The position numbers were made by a program, and so were the translations under genes. From Actinomycetota bacterium (GTDB lineage: Bacteria; Actinomycetota; Thermoleophilia; Solirubrobacterales; 70-9): a DNA stretch of 64,000 nt. The stretch spans positions 5,311-69,310 of the forward strand of contig JBKPFQ010000060.1 of the NCBI GenBank assembly GCA_046728915.1, read 5' to 3'. Below are positions 26,732 through 36,158 of this stretch, one piece after another (position 1 is the first letter of the stretch; every line of letters begins with the position of its first letter). The notes under the pieces were generated by a model. It was not told the origin of the DNA and did not search any database. It saw only the letters and a program-made list of their open reading frames with translations.

Positions 26732-28357
26732 CTAGTGGCGGAAGTGCCGCCGCCCCGTGAAGACCATCGCCGCGCCCGCCTCGTCGCAGGCGGCGATCAC
26801 CTCGGAGTCGCGGACCGAGCCGCCGGGCTGCACGAACGCGGTGGAGCCCGCATCGATCGCCAGCTGGGGCCCGTCGGGGAAGGGGAAGAAGGCGTCCGAC
26901 GCGACCACCGACCCCGCGAGGATCGACTCCGCCTCCTCGCCACGCGCCTCGCGCGCCTTCTCGATCGCGATCCGCACCGAGTCGACGCGGCTCATCTGAC
27001 CCGCGCCCACCCCGACCGTGGCCCCGTCCTTGGCGATCACGATCGCGTTCGAGCGCACGTGCTTGCACACCTTCCACGCGAACCAGAGGTCGTCCCATTG
27101 GGTGCCGCTCGGGCTCGCCTTGGTCACCAGCTGCATCGACTCGCGTTCCGAGTCGATCCGATCGGGTTCCTGGGCGAGCAGCCCCCCTCGCACCCGCTTC
27201 AAGTCTCGATCCCCCCCTTTGTCTCGGCGCTGCTCGGTGGCCTCGAGGATGCGGATCGCCTCCTTCTGGCGCAGCACGGCCAGCGCATCGTCGTCGTAGC
27301 TGGGCGCGATCAGGACCTCGATGAAGTGCTGATGCAGCCGCTCGGCGAGGGACTTGTCCACGTTGCGGTTCAAGGCGATCACGCCTCCGAAGGCCGACAT
27401 CGGATCGCATGCCAGCGCCCGCTCGTAGGCCGAGCCGATCCCATCGGCGATCGCGACGCCGCACGGGTTGTTGTGCTTGACGATCACGCACGCCGCCCGC
27501 TCGAACTCGTCGAGCAGGCGCCGCGCGGCATCCAGGTCGAGCACGTTGTTGAACGAGAGCGCCCTCCCGTGGAGCTCCGCGACCCGCGACAGGACGTGCG
27601 AGCGGGCGCCCACCTCGACGTAGAGAGCGGCCTGCTGGTGGGGATTCTCGCCATACGAGAGATCCATGAACTTCTCGTGCGCCATCACCCAGTGCTCGGG
27701 AAACTCCTCGTACCGGACTCCGAACCAACGGCTGATCGCGGCGTCGTAGCGGGCGGTGAAGGCAAACGCCTCGGTGGCCAGCCAGTGCCGCGTCGCTGCC
27801 GACACGCCGCCGCCGGTCTCCTCCAGCTCCGCCAAGACGGCGTCGTAGCTCTCCGGCTGCACGACCACGACGACGAACCGGTGGTTCTTGGCGGCGGCGC
27901 GAATCATCGTCGGCCCCCCGATGTCGATGTTCTCGATCGCCTCGGACTCGCTGGTTCCCCGCCTCGCCACCATGCGCTCGAACGGGTACAGGTTCACGCA
28001 GACCAGATCGATGGGCTCGATCCCCTCCGCTTCCAGGACCTCCATGTGCGCCGGATCGTCGCGGAGGGCGAGCAGCCCGGCGTGGAGCCGCGGATGAAGC
28101 GTCTTCACGCGGCCGTCGAGGATCTCCGGCGAACCGGTCAGGTCCGAGACGTCGCGAACGTCGATCTCCGCCTCCCGCAGCGCTGAAGCGGTCCCCCCGG
28201 TGGACACGATCTCCACCCCGAGCCGGGAGAGCCCGCGGGCGAAGTCCACGATGCCGGTCTTGTCGGAGACGGAGATCAGCGCCCTGCGGACCCTCACCTC
28301 TTCCTGGGCCGGCGCCGGCGCCTCGGTGCCGGGCGACGGCGTCACCGAATCAGCCAT
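26732..28357 (-). CDS. purH: Bifunctional AICAR transformylase / IMP cyclohydrolase
   Basis: [16 protein letters not shown] (MGS-like domain), then the AICARFT domain through the C-terminal FTGRRHFRH. Confidence 0.95.
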   Translation of the reverse strand: MADSVTPSPGTEAPAPAQEEVRVRRALISVSDKTGIVDFARGLSRLGVEIVSTGGTASALREAEIDVRDVSDLTGSPEILDGRVKTLHPRLHAGLLALRDDPAHMEVLEAEGIEPIDLVCVNLYPFERMVARRGTSESEAIENIDIGGPTMIRAAAKNHRFVVVVVQPESYDAVLAELEETGGGVSAATRHWLATEAFAFTARYDAAISRWFGVRYEEFPEHWVMAHEKFMDLSYGENPHQQAALYVEVGARSHVLSRVAELHGRALSFNNVLDLDAARRLLDEFERAACVIVKHNNPCGVAIADGIGSAYERALACDPMSAFGGVIALNRNVDKSLAERLHQHFIEVLIAPSYDDDALAVLRQKEAIRILEATEQRRDKGGDRDLKRVRGGLLAQEPDRIDSERESMQLVTKASPSGTQWDDLWFAWKVCKHVRSNAIVIAKDGATVGVGAGQMSRVDSVRIAIEKAREARGEEAESILAGSVVASDAFFPFPDGPQLAIDAGSTAFVQPGGSVRDSEVIAACDEAGAAMVFTGRRHFRH

Positions 28358-28985
28358 CTACGGCGCTCTTCGTGTCGTCGACGTGCACGACTCGCGGATT
28401 GTGTGGGTCGACGCGGGCAGCGCCCGCGGCGATCAACCGGATCGCCTCGGGCAACAGCTGATGCTCGACCTCGTGAATCTCCCTCTCCAGTTGCGAGCGG
28501 TCGCGAGTGTACGGCACCTCCACCGGCCGCTGCAAGATGATCGGTCCGGAGTCCACTCCGTCGTCGACGAAGTGGACCGTCACACCGGTAACCCGCACGC
28601 CGTGCTCGAGCGCCTGCCCGATCGCGTCCAGGCCCGGAAACGATGGCAGCAGCGCCGGGTGCACGTTCACGATCCGGTTGGGGAACCGGCGAACGAACTC
28701 GGGCGAGAGGAGCTCCATATAGCCGGCGAGCACGACCAGGTCGACATCGCGCTCCGCGAGCCAGTCCGCCATCGCCGCGTCGCGCTCGACCCGGTCGCGG
28801 CCGTCGCGCGGGAAGACACCCGTCTCGACCCCGGCCTTCGCGGCCCGGTCCAATGCCTGGGCGCCCGGCCTGTTGGACCCCACGCAGACCACCTCGATCT
28901 CACCGGTGCCGTGGACCGTGTCGAGGATCGCCTGGAGGTTGGTCCCAGTCCCCGACGCGAGAACCGCGATGCGGAACGCGCCCAC
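28350..28985 (-). CDS. purN: Phosphoribosylglycinamide formyltransferase
   Basis: RIAVLASGTGTNLQAIL, IVNVHPALLPSFPG, and HFVDDGVDSGPII. Confidence 0.92.
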   Translation of the reverse strand: MGAFRIAVLASGTGTNLQAILDTVHGTGEIEVVCVGSNRPGAQALDRAAKAGVETGVFPRDGRDRVERDAAMADWLAERDVDLVVLAGYMELLSPEFVRRFPNRIVNVHPALLPSFPGLDAIGQALEHGVRVTGVTVHFVDDGVDSGPIILQRPVEVPYTRDRSQLEREIHEVEHQLLPEAIRLIAAGAARVDPHNPRVVHVDDTKSAVDG

Positions 28986-29533
28986 TAGGCCAATTCCTTC
29001 GCCGGAAGGCGCCGGAGTTTCTCGAACGCCGCGTCGAGAATCATCCCGATCTCGGGCTCATCGGTGGCGAGGCGGCTGGCGATCTCTGGCCTGGCCAGTT
29101 CGGCGGACACGAGCAGGATCAAGACCTCCATCTCCCGTTCGGTGAGGCCAGCACGTTCAGCGGCGATGTCGCCGGGGTAGATGCGGAAGAACTCGACCCC
29201 GCCGGACCCGAGGGTAATGACGTGGACGTCGACGCCGCCCTGCACCTGGACGCCGCTTCCCCTCCCGCGCCCGGTCATGTGAATGAGCGCCACGACGCTG
29301 TCGCCGGCGTCGATCAGCTCGACGGGCCGGGCCGACAGCTCTCCCCACGCCTCTTGGAACTGCGTCATCCAGCGCGCCACATCCTCACGCCGTGTGTAGG
29401 GGCCGGGCTCGGGGAGGCGCGGATGCCCGTGCCATTCGACGTGAGGCGCGAACGCCGCGATCACGGCATCCGTGTCGCCCCGGTTCCAGTCTTCGTAATA
29501 GCGTCGGACGAGCTCAACGTTTCCACGGGACAC
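28985..29533 (-). CDS. SnoaL/NTF2-like domain protein with short LuxR-HTH-like C-terminal tail
   Basis: GTG 29533 (VSRGNVELVRRYYEDWNRGDTDAVIAAFAPHVEWHG...). The tail is LTEREMEVLILLVSAELARPEIASRLATDEPEIGMILDAAFEKL. The stop touches the purN start. Confidence 0.55.
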   Translation of the reverse strand: MSRGNVELVRRYYEDWNRGDTDAVIAAFAPHVEWHGHPRLPEPGPYTRREDVARWMTQFQEAWGELSARPVELIDAGDSVVALIHMTGRGRGSGVQVQGGVDVHVITLGSGGVEFFRIYPGDIAAERAGLTEREMEVLILLVSAELARPEIASRLATDEPEIGMILDAAFEKLRRLPAKELA

Positions 29534-29552
29534 GGCCGGCGCAGCGGCTCGC

Positions 29553-30998
29553 TCAGCGGCTGGCCGGAACCACGGCCAGCTCCTCGAGCGCGAACTTGCC
29601 GTTGCCCTCGCCGTCGTCGCCCAGCGGATAGTTGCCCGTGAAGCAGGCGTCGCAGTGGGCAGAGCCCGGCACGCCGATCGCCTCGTACACCGCCTCCAGC
29701 GACAGGTAGGCAAGCGAGTCCGCACCGAGCTCGGCCGCGATCTCGTCGACGCTTCGCTCGTGGGCGATCATCTCCTCGCGCGTGGACATGTCGATGCCGT
29801 AATGGCAGGGATGGCGAATCGGGGGGGCCGAGATGCGCAGGTGGATCTCCTTGGCGCCTGCGTCCTTCAGCATCGCGACGATCTGGCGGGTGGTGTTGCC
29901 GCGAACGATCGAGTCGTCCACGACGACCACGCGCTTGCCCGAGACGATCTCCGGCAGCGGGTTGAACTTCATCCGCAGCCCGCGCTTGCGCAGCTCCTGA
30001 CCCGGCTGGATGAAGGTCCGCGCCACGTAGCGGTTCTTGATCAGGCCGTCGTCCTGCGGGATCCCGGAAGCGCGCGCGAAGCCGCTCGCAGCCGGATTGC
30101 CCGAGTCGGGCACCGAGATCACGAGGTCGGCCTCGACCGGCGCCTCCCGCCAGAGGAGCTCGCCCATCCGGCCGCGGGCCTGCTGGACCACGCGGCCCTC
30201 GAGCCGCGTGTCGGGGCGGGAGAAGTAGATGTGCTCGAAGACGCAGTGCGCGGGGGCCTCCGAGCGGATCACCTGACGGCTCTCGAGCCCGTCCTCGGTG
30301 AGCGAGATCAGCTCGCCCGGGCTCACCTCGCGCAGGAGCTCCCCGCCGATGATGTCGAAGGCACAGCTCTCGGAGGCGATCACGTACCGATCGCCGAGCT
30401 TGCCGAGCGCGAGCGGGCGCACGCCGTGGGGATCCCGGAACGCGACCACCGCCCGCTTCGTCATGACGACGGTGGAGTAGGCGCCCTGGAGCCGGGGCAT
30501 CACCGCCTGCACGGCGTTCTCGATCGGCCTCGCCTCCTCGACGGAGAGGAGCGCGGCCATGATCTCCGAGTCCGACGTGCCCCGGAAGCGAATGCCCCGC
30601 TCGCGGAGGTCGTTGTAGAGCTCGACCGCGTTGGTCAGGTTGCCGTTGTGGGCGAGCGCGACCTCACGGCCGTCGTCGCGCCAGACCGGCTGGCTGTTCT
30701 CCCAGGAGCCGCCGCCGGTCGTCGAGTACCGGACGTGGCCGATCGCCATGTCGCCCTCGAGCGCCCGCAGCTTCTCCTCGTCGAAGACCTGGGACACCAG
30801 GCCGGCCTCGCGAAGGGTCGTGATGTGCCCGCCCTCGCAGGTGGCGATGCCGGCTGATTCCTGCCCGCGATGCTGAAGGGCGTACAGCGCGAAGTAGGCG
30901 AGGCGCGCCACGTCGTGGCCGGGTGCGTACACGCCGAAGACCCCGCACTCATCGCGGGGGCCATCGCGGTCGGAAATGGGGCGGTCGCTGGAGTGCAT
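29553..30998 (-). CDS. purF: Amidophosphoribosyltransferase
   Basis: Propeptide followed by nucleophile ECGVFGVYAP, PRPP loop VVVVDDSIVRGNT, and a C-terminal Cys cluster (CDACFTGNYP). ATG 30998 is preferred over 31055. Confidence 0.92.
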   Translation of the reverse strand: MHSSDRPISDRDGPRDECGVFGVYAPGHDVARLAYFALYALQHRGQESAGIATCEGGHITTLREAGLVSQVFDEEKLRALEGDMAIGHVRYSTTGGGSWENSQPVWRDDGREVALAHNGNLTNAVELYNDLRERGIRFRGTSDSEIMAALLSVEEARPIENAVQAVMPRLQGAYSTVVMTKRAVVAFRDPHGVRPLALGKLGDRYVIASESCAFDIIGGELLREVSPGELISLTEDGLESRQVIRSEAPAHCVFEHIYFSRPDTRLEGRVVQQARGRMGELLWREAPVEADLVISVPDSGNPAASGFARASGIPQDDGLIKNRYVARTFIQPGQELRKRGLRMKFNPLPEIVSGKRVVVVDDSIVRGNTTRQIVAMLKDAGAKEIHLRISAPPIRHPCHYGIDMSTREEMIAHERSVDEIAAELGADSLAYLSLEAVYEAIGVPGSAHCDACFTGNYPLGDDGEGNGKFALEELAVVPASR

Positions 30999-31083
30999 CC
31001 GCGGTGCCTGGAAGAGGGATTCGCAGGCTATCCGCCTGCTACGCAAGGCTAGCAACGGCGTCGGACCCGGCAGGTCCCTCGCG

Positions 31084-32658
31084 CTACTCGCAGAAGGGTC
31101 GCTCTTTCACCCGCTCGTCGCGCCCCTCGATGCCGGCGCATTGCGACAGCTGCTGGAGCCGTTCGTCGAGGTCAGCCTGCCCGGCATCCGTCGGGCAGCT
31201 CGCGATCGCTCCCCCGTGACAGAGGTTTCGCAGCTCGAAGGGGTCGCGCCTCAGGTCGTAGCGCTCGACTGCCAAGTCGTCGCGGCAGCCGCGCTTGGTC
31301 GCAATCGAGTGGTGCTCCACGTAGATGGACGTGCGGGTGCGGATCCCGTCGTACTGGCAGGTCTGGTACCGGCCCGGAGACCTGGCCTCATACTCCGTCA
31401 GCAGACCGCGATCATCCGGCCACTGGCCCGTACCGGTGACGAGCGACACGAGCGAGCGCCCGTCCATGGTCCGGCAAGCTCCCGCCGGCGGGCAGGGGCG
31501 GGCGTGCGCGAGGTCGAGGATCGTGGGCGCGAGGTCGATGTTGGCGACCGGCTCGTGCACCGCCCGAACGCCGCCGTAGCCGCGGGGCAGATCGATGACC
31601 AGCGGCAGCCGGAGGGCCTCGTCGTAGGGCAGCACCTTGCCTCTTGCGAGGCGGTGCTCGCCGTAGAACAGCCCGTTGTCAGAGGTGTAGATGAAGACCG
31701 TGTTGCTCAGCTCCCTGAGCCGCTTGAGAGCGTTGTAGACGGTCGCAACGCTGCGGTCGACCCCCACCAGCGATGCGAGGGCGCAGCGCCAGTGCCCCCT
31801 GACCTTCGCCCGCGTCGCATGGTCGACCCGGGGCGCACCTTGCAGGAATGCGGGCTTGTCGGCCATATGCCTCTCGTTGAACGATGGGGGGTGCCGGAGG
31901 GGCGTCTTCCGGAACGCGTCCACGTCGAGCGGGTCCGGCTTCGCGGCGCGAATCCCCCTGCCGCTGCACCGCCCCTCCTGATGGCCCCCAGACGTGTGAG
32001 GGGCGTGCTCGTCGAGTTCGAGGTAGAACGGCGCCCGGCGCGGCGCATATCGATTGATGGCGCTGACCGCGTTACGGGTGAGGACCCTGGCGATGTAGTC
32101 GCTGTCGCGGGTGCCGAAGTGGCTCCAGTCCCCGTTCCTCGAGAAAAAGTAGTCGTAGTAGCCGAATCTTCCGCCGACGACCGTCCGCCAGTCGCTCCAG
32201 CCGGGCGCGACGTCGGCGGGACGGTCGACGAAGCGCCAGTAGCCATTCAGGAACTTGCCGACGTGGATCGTGTTGTACCCGGCTTCCCGCAGCCAGACGG
32301 GCAGGACGTTGTCCTTGCCGGCGAGCGCGCGGTAGCCCCTGCTGTTCGAGAGCACCCGGTGGTTGTGCGCGTACTGGCCCGTGAGCAACGACGCGCGAGA
32401 CGGGCAGCACTGGGGGGTGGTGGCGATGTAGTCGCTGAACCTGGTCCCGGGCCGGGTGACGAGGCGCATCGTCTTCGGCATGACCTTGCCGTTGAACTGA
32501 CGGGCCGTCTGATCGTCCGTCTGGATCAGGACCACGTTCGGCCGTTGCGTCGCGGGGGCAGCCGAATTCGCTGCGGATGCGACCGCGGGAACCAGGGTGG
32601 CGACGAGGAGGACCGGCAAGACCACCGCGGTCCGGCTCCCGTGGCCTTCGATCGTCAC
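31084..32658 (-). CDS. Secreted Cys-type sulfatase 1 (GlcNAc-6-sulfatase-like)
   Basis: Signal peptide ...VLLVATLVPAVASAA. NVVLIQTDDQ metal site. FGly motif TPQCCPSRASLLTGQYAHNHRV. GKFLNGY. C-terminal ...CAGIEGRDERVKERPFCE. Confidence 0.85.
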   Translation of the reverse strand: MTIEGHGSRTAVVLPVLLVATLVPAVASAANSAAPATQRPNVVLIQTDDQTARQFNGKVMPKTMRLVTRPGTRFSDYIATTPQCCPSRASLLTGQYAHNHRVLSNSRGYRALAGKDNVLPVWLREAGYNTIHVGKFLNGYWRFVDRPADVAPGWSDWRTVVGGRFGYYDYFFSRNGDWSHFGTRDSDYIARVLTRNAVSAINRYAPRRAPFYLELDEHAPHTSGGHQEGRCSGRGIRAAKPDPLDVDAFRKTPLRHPPSFNERHMADKPAFLQGAPRVDHATRAKVRGHWRCALASLVGVDRSVATVYNALKRLRELSNTVFIYTSDNGLFYGEHRLARGKVLPYDEALRLPLVIDLPRGYGGVRAVHEPVANIDLAPTILDLAHARPCPPAGACRTMDGRSLVSLVTGTGQWPDDRGLLTEYEARSPGRYQTCQYDGIRTRTSIYVEHHSIATKRGCRDDLAVERYDLRRDPFELRNLCHGGAIASCPTDAGQADLDERLQQLSQCAGIEGRDERVKERPFCE

Positions 32659-32676
32659 CCCACCGCCCCGCCGAAC

Positions 32677-34872
32677 CTACTCCACCAGCGAGCGCCAGTC
32701 CGCTTCCGCCTCCGCCAGCGGCATCGTCAGCTCGGTCTCCGCGCCGGCGATCTCGATCGCCTCGCCGCCCATCTCGCCGATCACCAGGACGCTCACGGCG
32801 GCGCGCTCGCCCTGCCTGGCCAGGTCGCGCAGGGCATGTTCGGCGCCGGTGACGACGAAGCCGCCGGGCCCCTCGCCGAACAGCGCCGTCTCGCCGGACG
32901 TCCCCCGCAGCTCCACGAGCGGATCCAGGTCCGCCCGGACCCCCACGCCGGCTGCGATCGCGGACTCGGCGAGAGCGCAGGCGAGGCCGCCGTCGCTGAC
33001 GTCGTGGGCGGCGGTGATCCGACCGTCGCGCGCCGCGGCTCGGACGAACTCGATCGCCGCCAGGACCTCGTCGATCGCGACCCCCGGCAGGCCCCGGCCG
33101 AGGTCGCCGCGAAGCTTGGCGAGCTCGGACCCGGCGAGCGACGGCGCGAAAGGGCCCACCAGGGCGATCGCATCGCCCTCACTGGGGGCGATCCTCACCG
33201 CGCGCTCAGGATCGGGGAGCTCCCCCACCATTCCGACGACCGGCGTCGGGTAGATCGGGCCGGCGTCCGTCTCGTTGTAGAGCGAGACGTTGCCGCCAAC
33301 GACCGGGACATCGAGGGCGGCGCACGCATCGGCCAGTCCCTGCACCGACCGGTCCAGCTCCCACGCGACGTGCGGCTTCTCGGGGTTGCCGAAGTTGAGG
33401 CAGTTCGTGAGCCCCAGCGGCTCCGCGCCGACACAGGCGAGGTTCTGAGCGCACTCGAGCACGGCCTCGATGGTCCCGCGGTAGGGATCGCAGGCCACGC
33501 GACGGCCGTTGCCGTCGATCGCCACGGCGATCGCTCGGCCGCTCTCCGGGACGGACAGCACGGCCGCGTCCGCAGCCTCCGGGCGGCGCACCGTCCGCGA
33601 CCCCACGATCGAGTCGTACTGCTCGAACGCCCAGCGCTTCGAGGCGACGTTTGGGGCGGCGAGCAGCGCGCGCAGCACCTCGGAGCCAGTGGCGCCGGGG
33701 TCGAGCGAGGCGTTGTTTCCGTAGAGCCACGCGGTCGGTTCGGAGGGTTCGAGGTCGTACAGGGGGCAGGCATCGACGAGGACGGCCACCGGCGCCTCGC
33801 CGACGACCTCGCCGCCGGCGAGCACCCGGATACGTCCGGTGTCGGTGACCTCCCCGACCTGTGCGGCGCCCGTCTGCCAGCGATCGCACACGGCAAGCAC
33901 CTTGGGGAGGCGGTCGGGCTCAACCACGGCGAGCATCCGCTCCTGCGACTCGGAGATCATGATCTCGAACGGCTCCATGTCGGCCTCGCGAAGCGGAACG
34001 CGGTCGACGTCGATGTCCATGCCCACGCCGCCCGCGGAGGCCATCTCGGCCGAGGAGGACGTGAGCCCCGCGGCGCCGAGGTCCTGTAGGGAGATCAGGA
34101 GCCCCCGGTCCAGCAGCTCCAGGCAGCACTCCATGAGCTTCTTCTCCTCGAACGGGTCGCCGATCTGGACGCTCGGTCTCATCTCGGCACCCTCGGCGAG
34201 CTCCGCCGACGCGAGGACCGACGCGCCTCCGATGCCGTCACGGCCGGTCGACGCGCCCATCAGAACGATCGCGTTCCCGGGCCCCGTGGCGGCCGCCCGC
34301 ACCATCCGGTCGGACCGCGCGAGGCCGACGCACATCGCGTTCACGAGGCAGTTGTGCTCGTAGGGCGCCTCGAAGTAGATCTCCCCACCGACCGTTGGCA
34401 CGCCGATCGAGTTCCCGTAGTGGCCGATGCCGGCGACCACGTGCTCGAACAGGTAGCGCGAGCGCTCGGAGTCGAGCTCCCCGAATCGCAGGGAGTCGAG
34501 CACCGCGATCGGCCGCGCACCCAGAGCGAACACGTCGCGCAGGATCCCGCCGACGCCGGTGGCCGCGCCCTGGAAGGGCTCGACGGCGCTGGGGTGGTTG
34601 TGCGACTCGACCTTGAACGCGACCGCGTGTCCCCCGCCGACGTCCACAGCCCCGGCGTTCTCGCCGGGGCCCATCAGCACCCGGGGACCCTCCGTCGGCA
34701 GCCTCCGAAGCAGCTTCCGGGAGTGCTTGTAGGCGCAGTGCTCCGACCAGAGGAGCGAGAACATCGCGAGCTCGACCTCGTTGGGATCGCGGTCGACCAG
34801 CTCACAGATGTGCTCGAACTCGAAGTCGGTGAGGCCGAGCTCGCGGTGCCGGGACTCACTCGAGACGCTCAT
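32677..34872 (-). CDS. purL: Phosphoribosylformylglycinamidine synthase subunit PurL
   Basis: MSVSSESRHRELGLTDFEFEHI..., SEHCAYKHS, and VESHNHPSAVEPFQGAATG. ATG 34872. The listed 896-aa ORF has a 165-codon Arg/Ser-rich false N-terminus. Confidence 0.93.
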   Translation of the reverse strand: MSVSSESRHRELGLTDFEFEHICELVDRDPNEVELAMFSLLWSEHCAYKHSRKLLRRLPTEGPRVLMGPGENAGAVDVGGGHAVAFKVESHNHPSAVEPFQGAATGVGGILRDVFALGARPIAVLDSLRFGELDSERSRYLFEHVVAGIGHYGNSIGVPTVGGEIYFEAPYEHNCLVNAMCVGLARSDRMVRAAATGPGNAIVLMGASTGRDGIGGASVLASAELAEGAEMRPSVQIGDPFEEKKLMECCLELLDRGLLISLQDLGAAGLTSSSAEMASAGGVGMDIDVDRVPLREADMEPFEIMISESQERMLAVVEPDRLPKVLAVCDRWQTGAAQVGEVTDTGRIRVLAGGEVVGEAPVAVLVDACPLYDLEPSEPTAWLYGNNASLDPGATGSEVLRALLAAPNVASKRWAFEQYDSIVGSRTVRRPEAADAAVLSVPESGRAIAVAIDGNGRRVACDPYRGTIEAVLECAQNLACVGAEPLGLTNCLNFGNPEKPHVAWELDRSVQGLADACAALDVPVVGGNVSLYNETDAGPIYPTPVVGMVGELPDPERAVRIAPSEGDAIALVGPFAPSLAGSELAKLRGDLGRGLPGVAIDEVLAAIEFVRAAARDGRITAAHDVSDGGLACALAESAIAAGVGVRADLDPLVELRGTSGETALFGEGPGGFVVTGAEHALRDLARQGERAAVSVLVIGEMGGEAIEIAGAETELTMPLAEAEADWRSLVE

Positions 34873-34906
34873 TCGGGTTCCAGTATTCCGAGCCGAGCGG
34901 CGCCGC

Positions 34907-36073
34907 TCACCGCCCGCCACCCCGAATGCGGCGCGCGATGGAGCGCGGGAGCCGCGGCCTGATCCTCCACCACACGCTCGCCTCGATCCGCTGGAGCCGC
35001 CTGGTGCGCCTGCGAAGCGCCCTGGAGCGGCGCGCGAGCCGTCGCCTGACCCCCCGCGTATCGGCGGCCTGGCGCCGGTGCTTGGCCGCGCGGTGCGCCT
35101 GGGTCTGGATGTACCGGGTGATCGCGTACATCGCGTCGTCGCGCAGCTCGTCGGCCGTGGGCGCGCCGACGCCGGTCGGCGTCTCCACGGTGGTCGCCTC
35201 GCCGCCGAGTGGGTCCGCGCAGGCGGCCAGGTAGTCGCGGAAGCTTGTCTGCTTGACCAGCCAGCCCTCCTCGATGCCCCTCGCGACGGCGGCGTCGTCG
35301 AGCAGGATGCGCTCGAACACCTCCTCGAGGCGCCCCGTCTCGAGCGCGTCGCGGACCGCGCGCGCATCGGGATTTCGGTCGAGCTGCCCGTTGTCGCGCG
35401 CGATCTCGACCCGGTGGCGGTACTGGTCGAACGTTCGCACGGGGAAGTGGAGCACCCCGACCGGAAACGCCGGCGCGATCACGAGGTCGAGCGGGTCGTC
35501 CTCGCGATGCTCAGCGGCCGTACGGAGAACGGGCTTGCCGACCAACCCGCGGTACGGGTCGCCGCTCCAGATCTCCACCGGGTGCGGTCCCCGCAGGCTG
35601 ATGACGGGGTTGGCCCGATGGGCGGATTTGGCGGGTCGGCGAAACCGGGCCTCGCGCACGGTCATCCGCTCGGCGAACGGGCCACCGCCCGGCCGCGCCA
35701 CGAACTCCGTGCGCGGTGCGAGCACCATCCCGAACGGCTCTTCCACCATCCCCAGGGCGTCCTTGAGGTTTCCGGTGGCAGGCCACCAGAACTCGTCGGC
35801 GTCGTTGTGGATCACCCAGTCGGCGCCCATCTCCGAGGCGATGCGCGTGATCTCCTCCTCGCCGCCCCCCTTCATCTCGCGTATGCCGCCCGCGACGCGC
35901 TCGAGCCGCACCAGCCCCGCCCGCTCATAACGCTCCAGGATCTCGACCGTGCCGTCGGTGGACCCGGTGTCGACGATGACGAAGAAGTCGACGCCCTGCG
36001 CCCTGTGGTACCGCAGGTTGTCCTCGAGGATGTCCGCCTCGTCCCGGACCTTGTACACCATTCCCAGCCGCAC
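34907..36073 (-). CDS. GT-A-fold glycosyltransferase, paralog A (GT2 / Glyco_tranf_2_4-like) with Arg-rich tail
   Basis: MRLGMVYKVRDEADILEDNLRYHRAQGVDFFVIVDTGSTDGT..., and DxD block HNDADEFWWP. The tail is RRLARRSRALRRRTRRLQRIEASVWWRIRPRLPRSIARRIRGGGR. Confidence 0.7.
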   Translation of the reverse strand: MRLGMVYKVRDEADILEDNLRYHRAQGVDFFVIVDTGSTDGTVEILERYERAGLVRLERVAGGIREMKGGGEEEITRIASEMGADWVIHNDADEFWWPATGNLKDALGMVEEPFGMVLAPRTEFVARPGGGPFAERMTVREARFRRPAKSAHRANPVISLRGPHPVEIWSGDPYRGLVGKPVLRTAAEHREDDPLDLVIAPAFPVGVLHFPVRTFDQYRHRVEIARDNGQLDRNPDARAVRDALETGRLEEVFERILLDDAAVARGIEEGWLVKQTSFRDYLAACADPLGGEATTVETPTGVGAPTADELRDDAMYAITRYIQTQAHRAAKHRRQAADTRGVRRRLARRSRALRRRTRRLQRIEASVWWRIRPRLPRSIARRIRGGGR

Positions 36074-36158
36074 CGCGCGGCGAGGCTAACAGGGCGGCCG
36101 AGCCGCACGCGACCGGTGTATTGGACGGCGCCACGGCCGTATGCGCTAGCTTCGCCGC

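Noticed and set aside
30976-34089. 1037-aa plus-strand ORF, the longest in the window.
   Set aside because: It is antisense to sulfatase 1 and purL, both with unambiguous signatures. It has no domain, and its composition is an Arg/Gly/Asp/Val/Pro mirror pattern.
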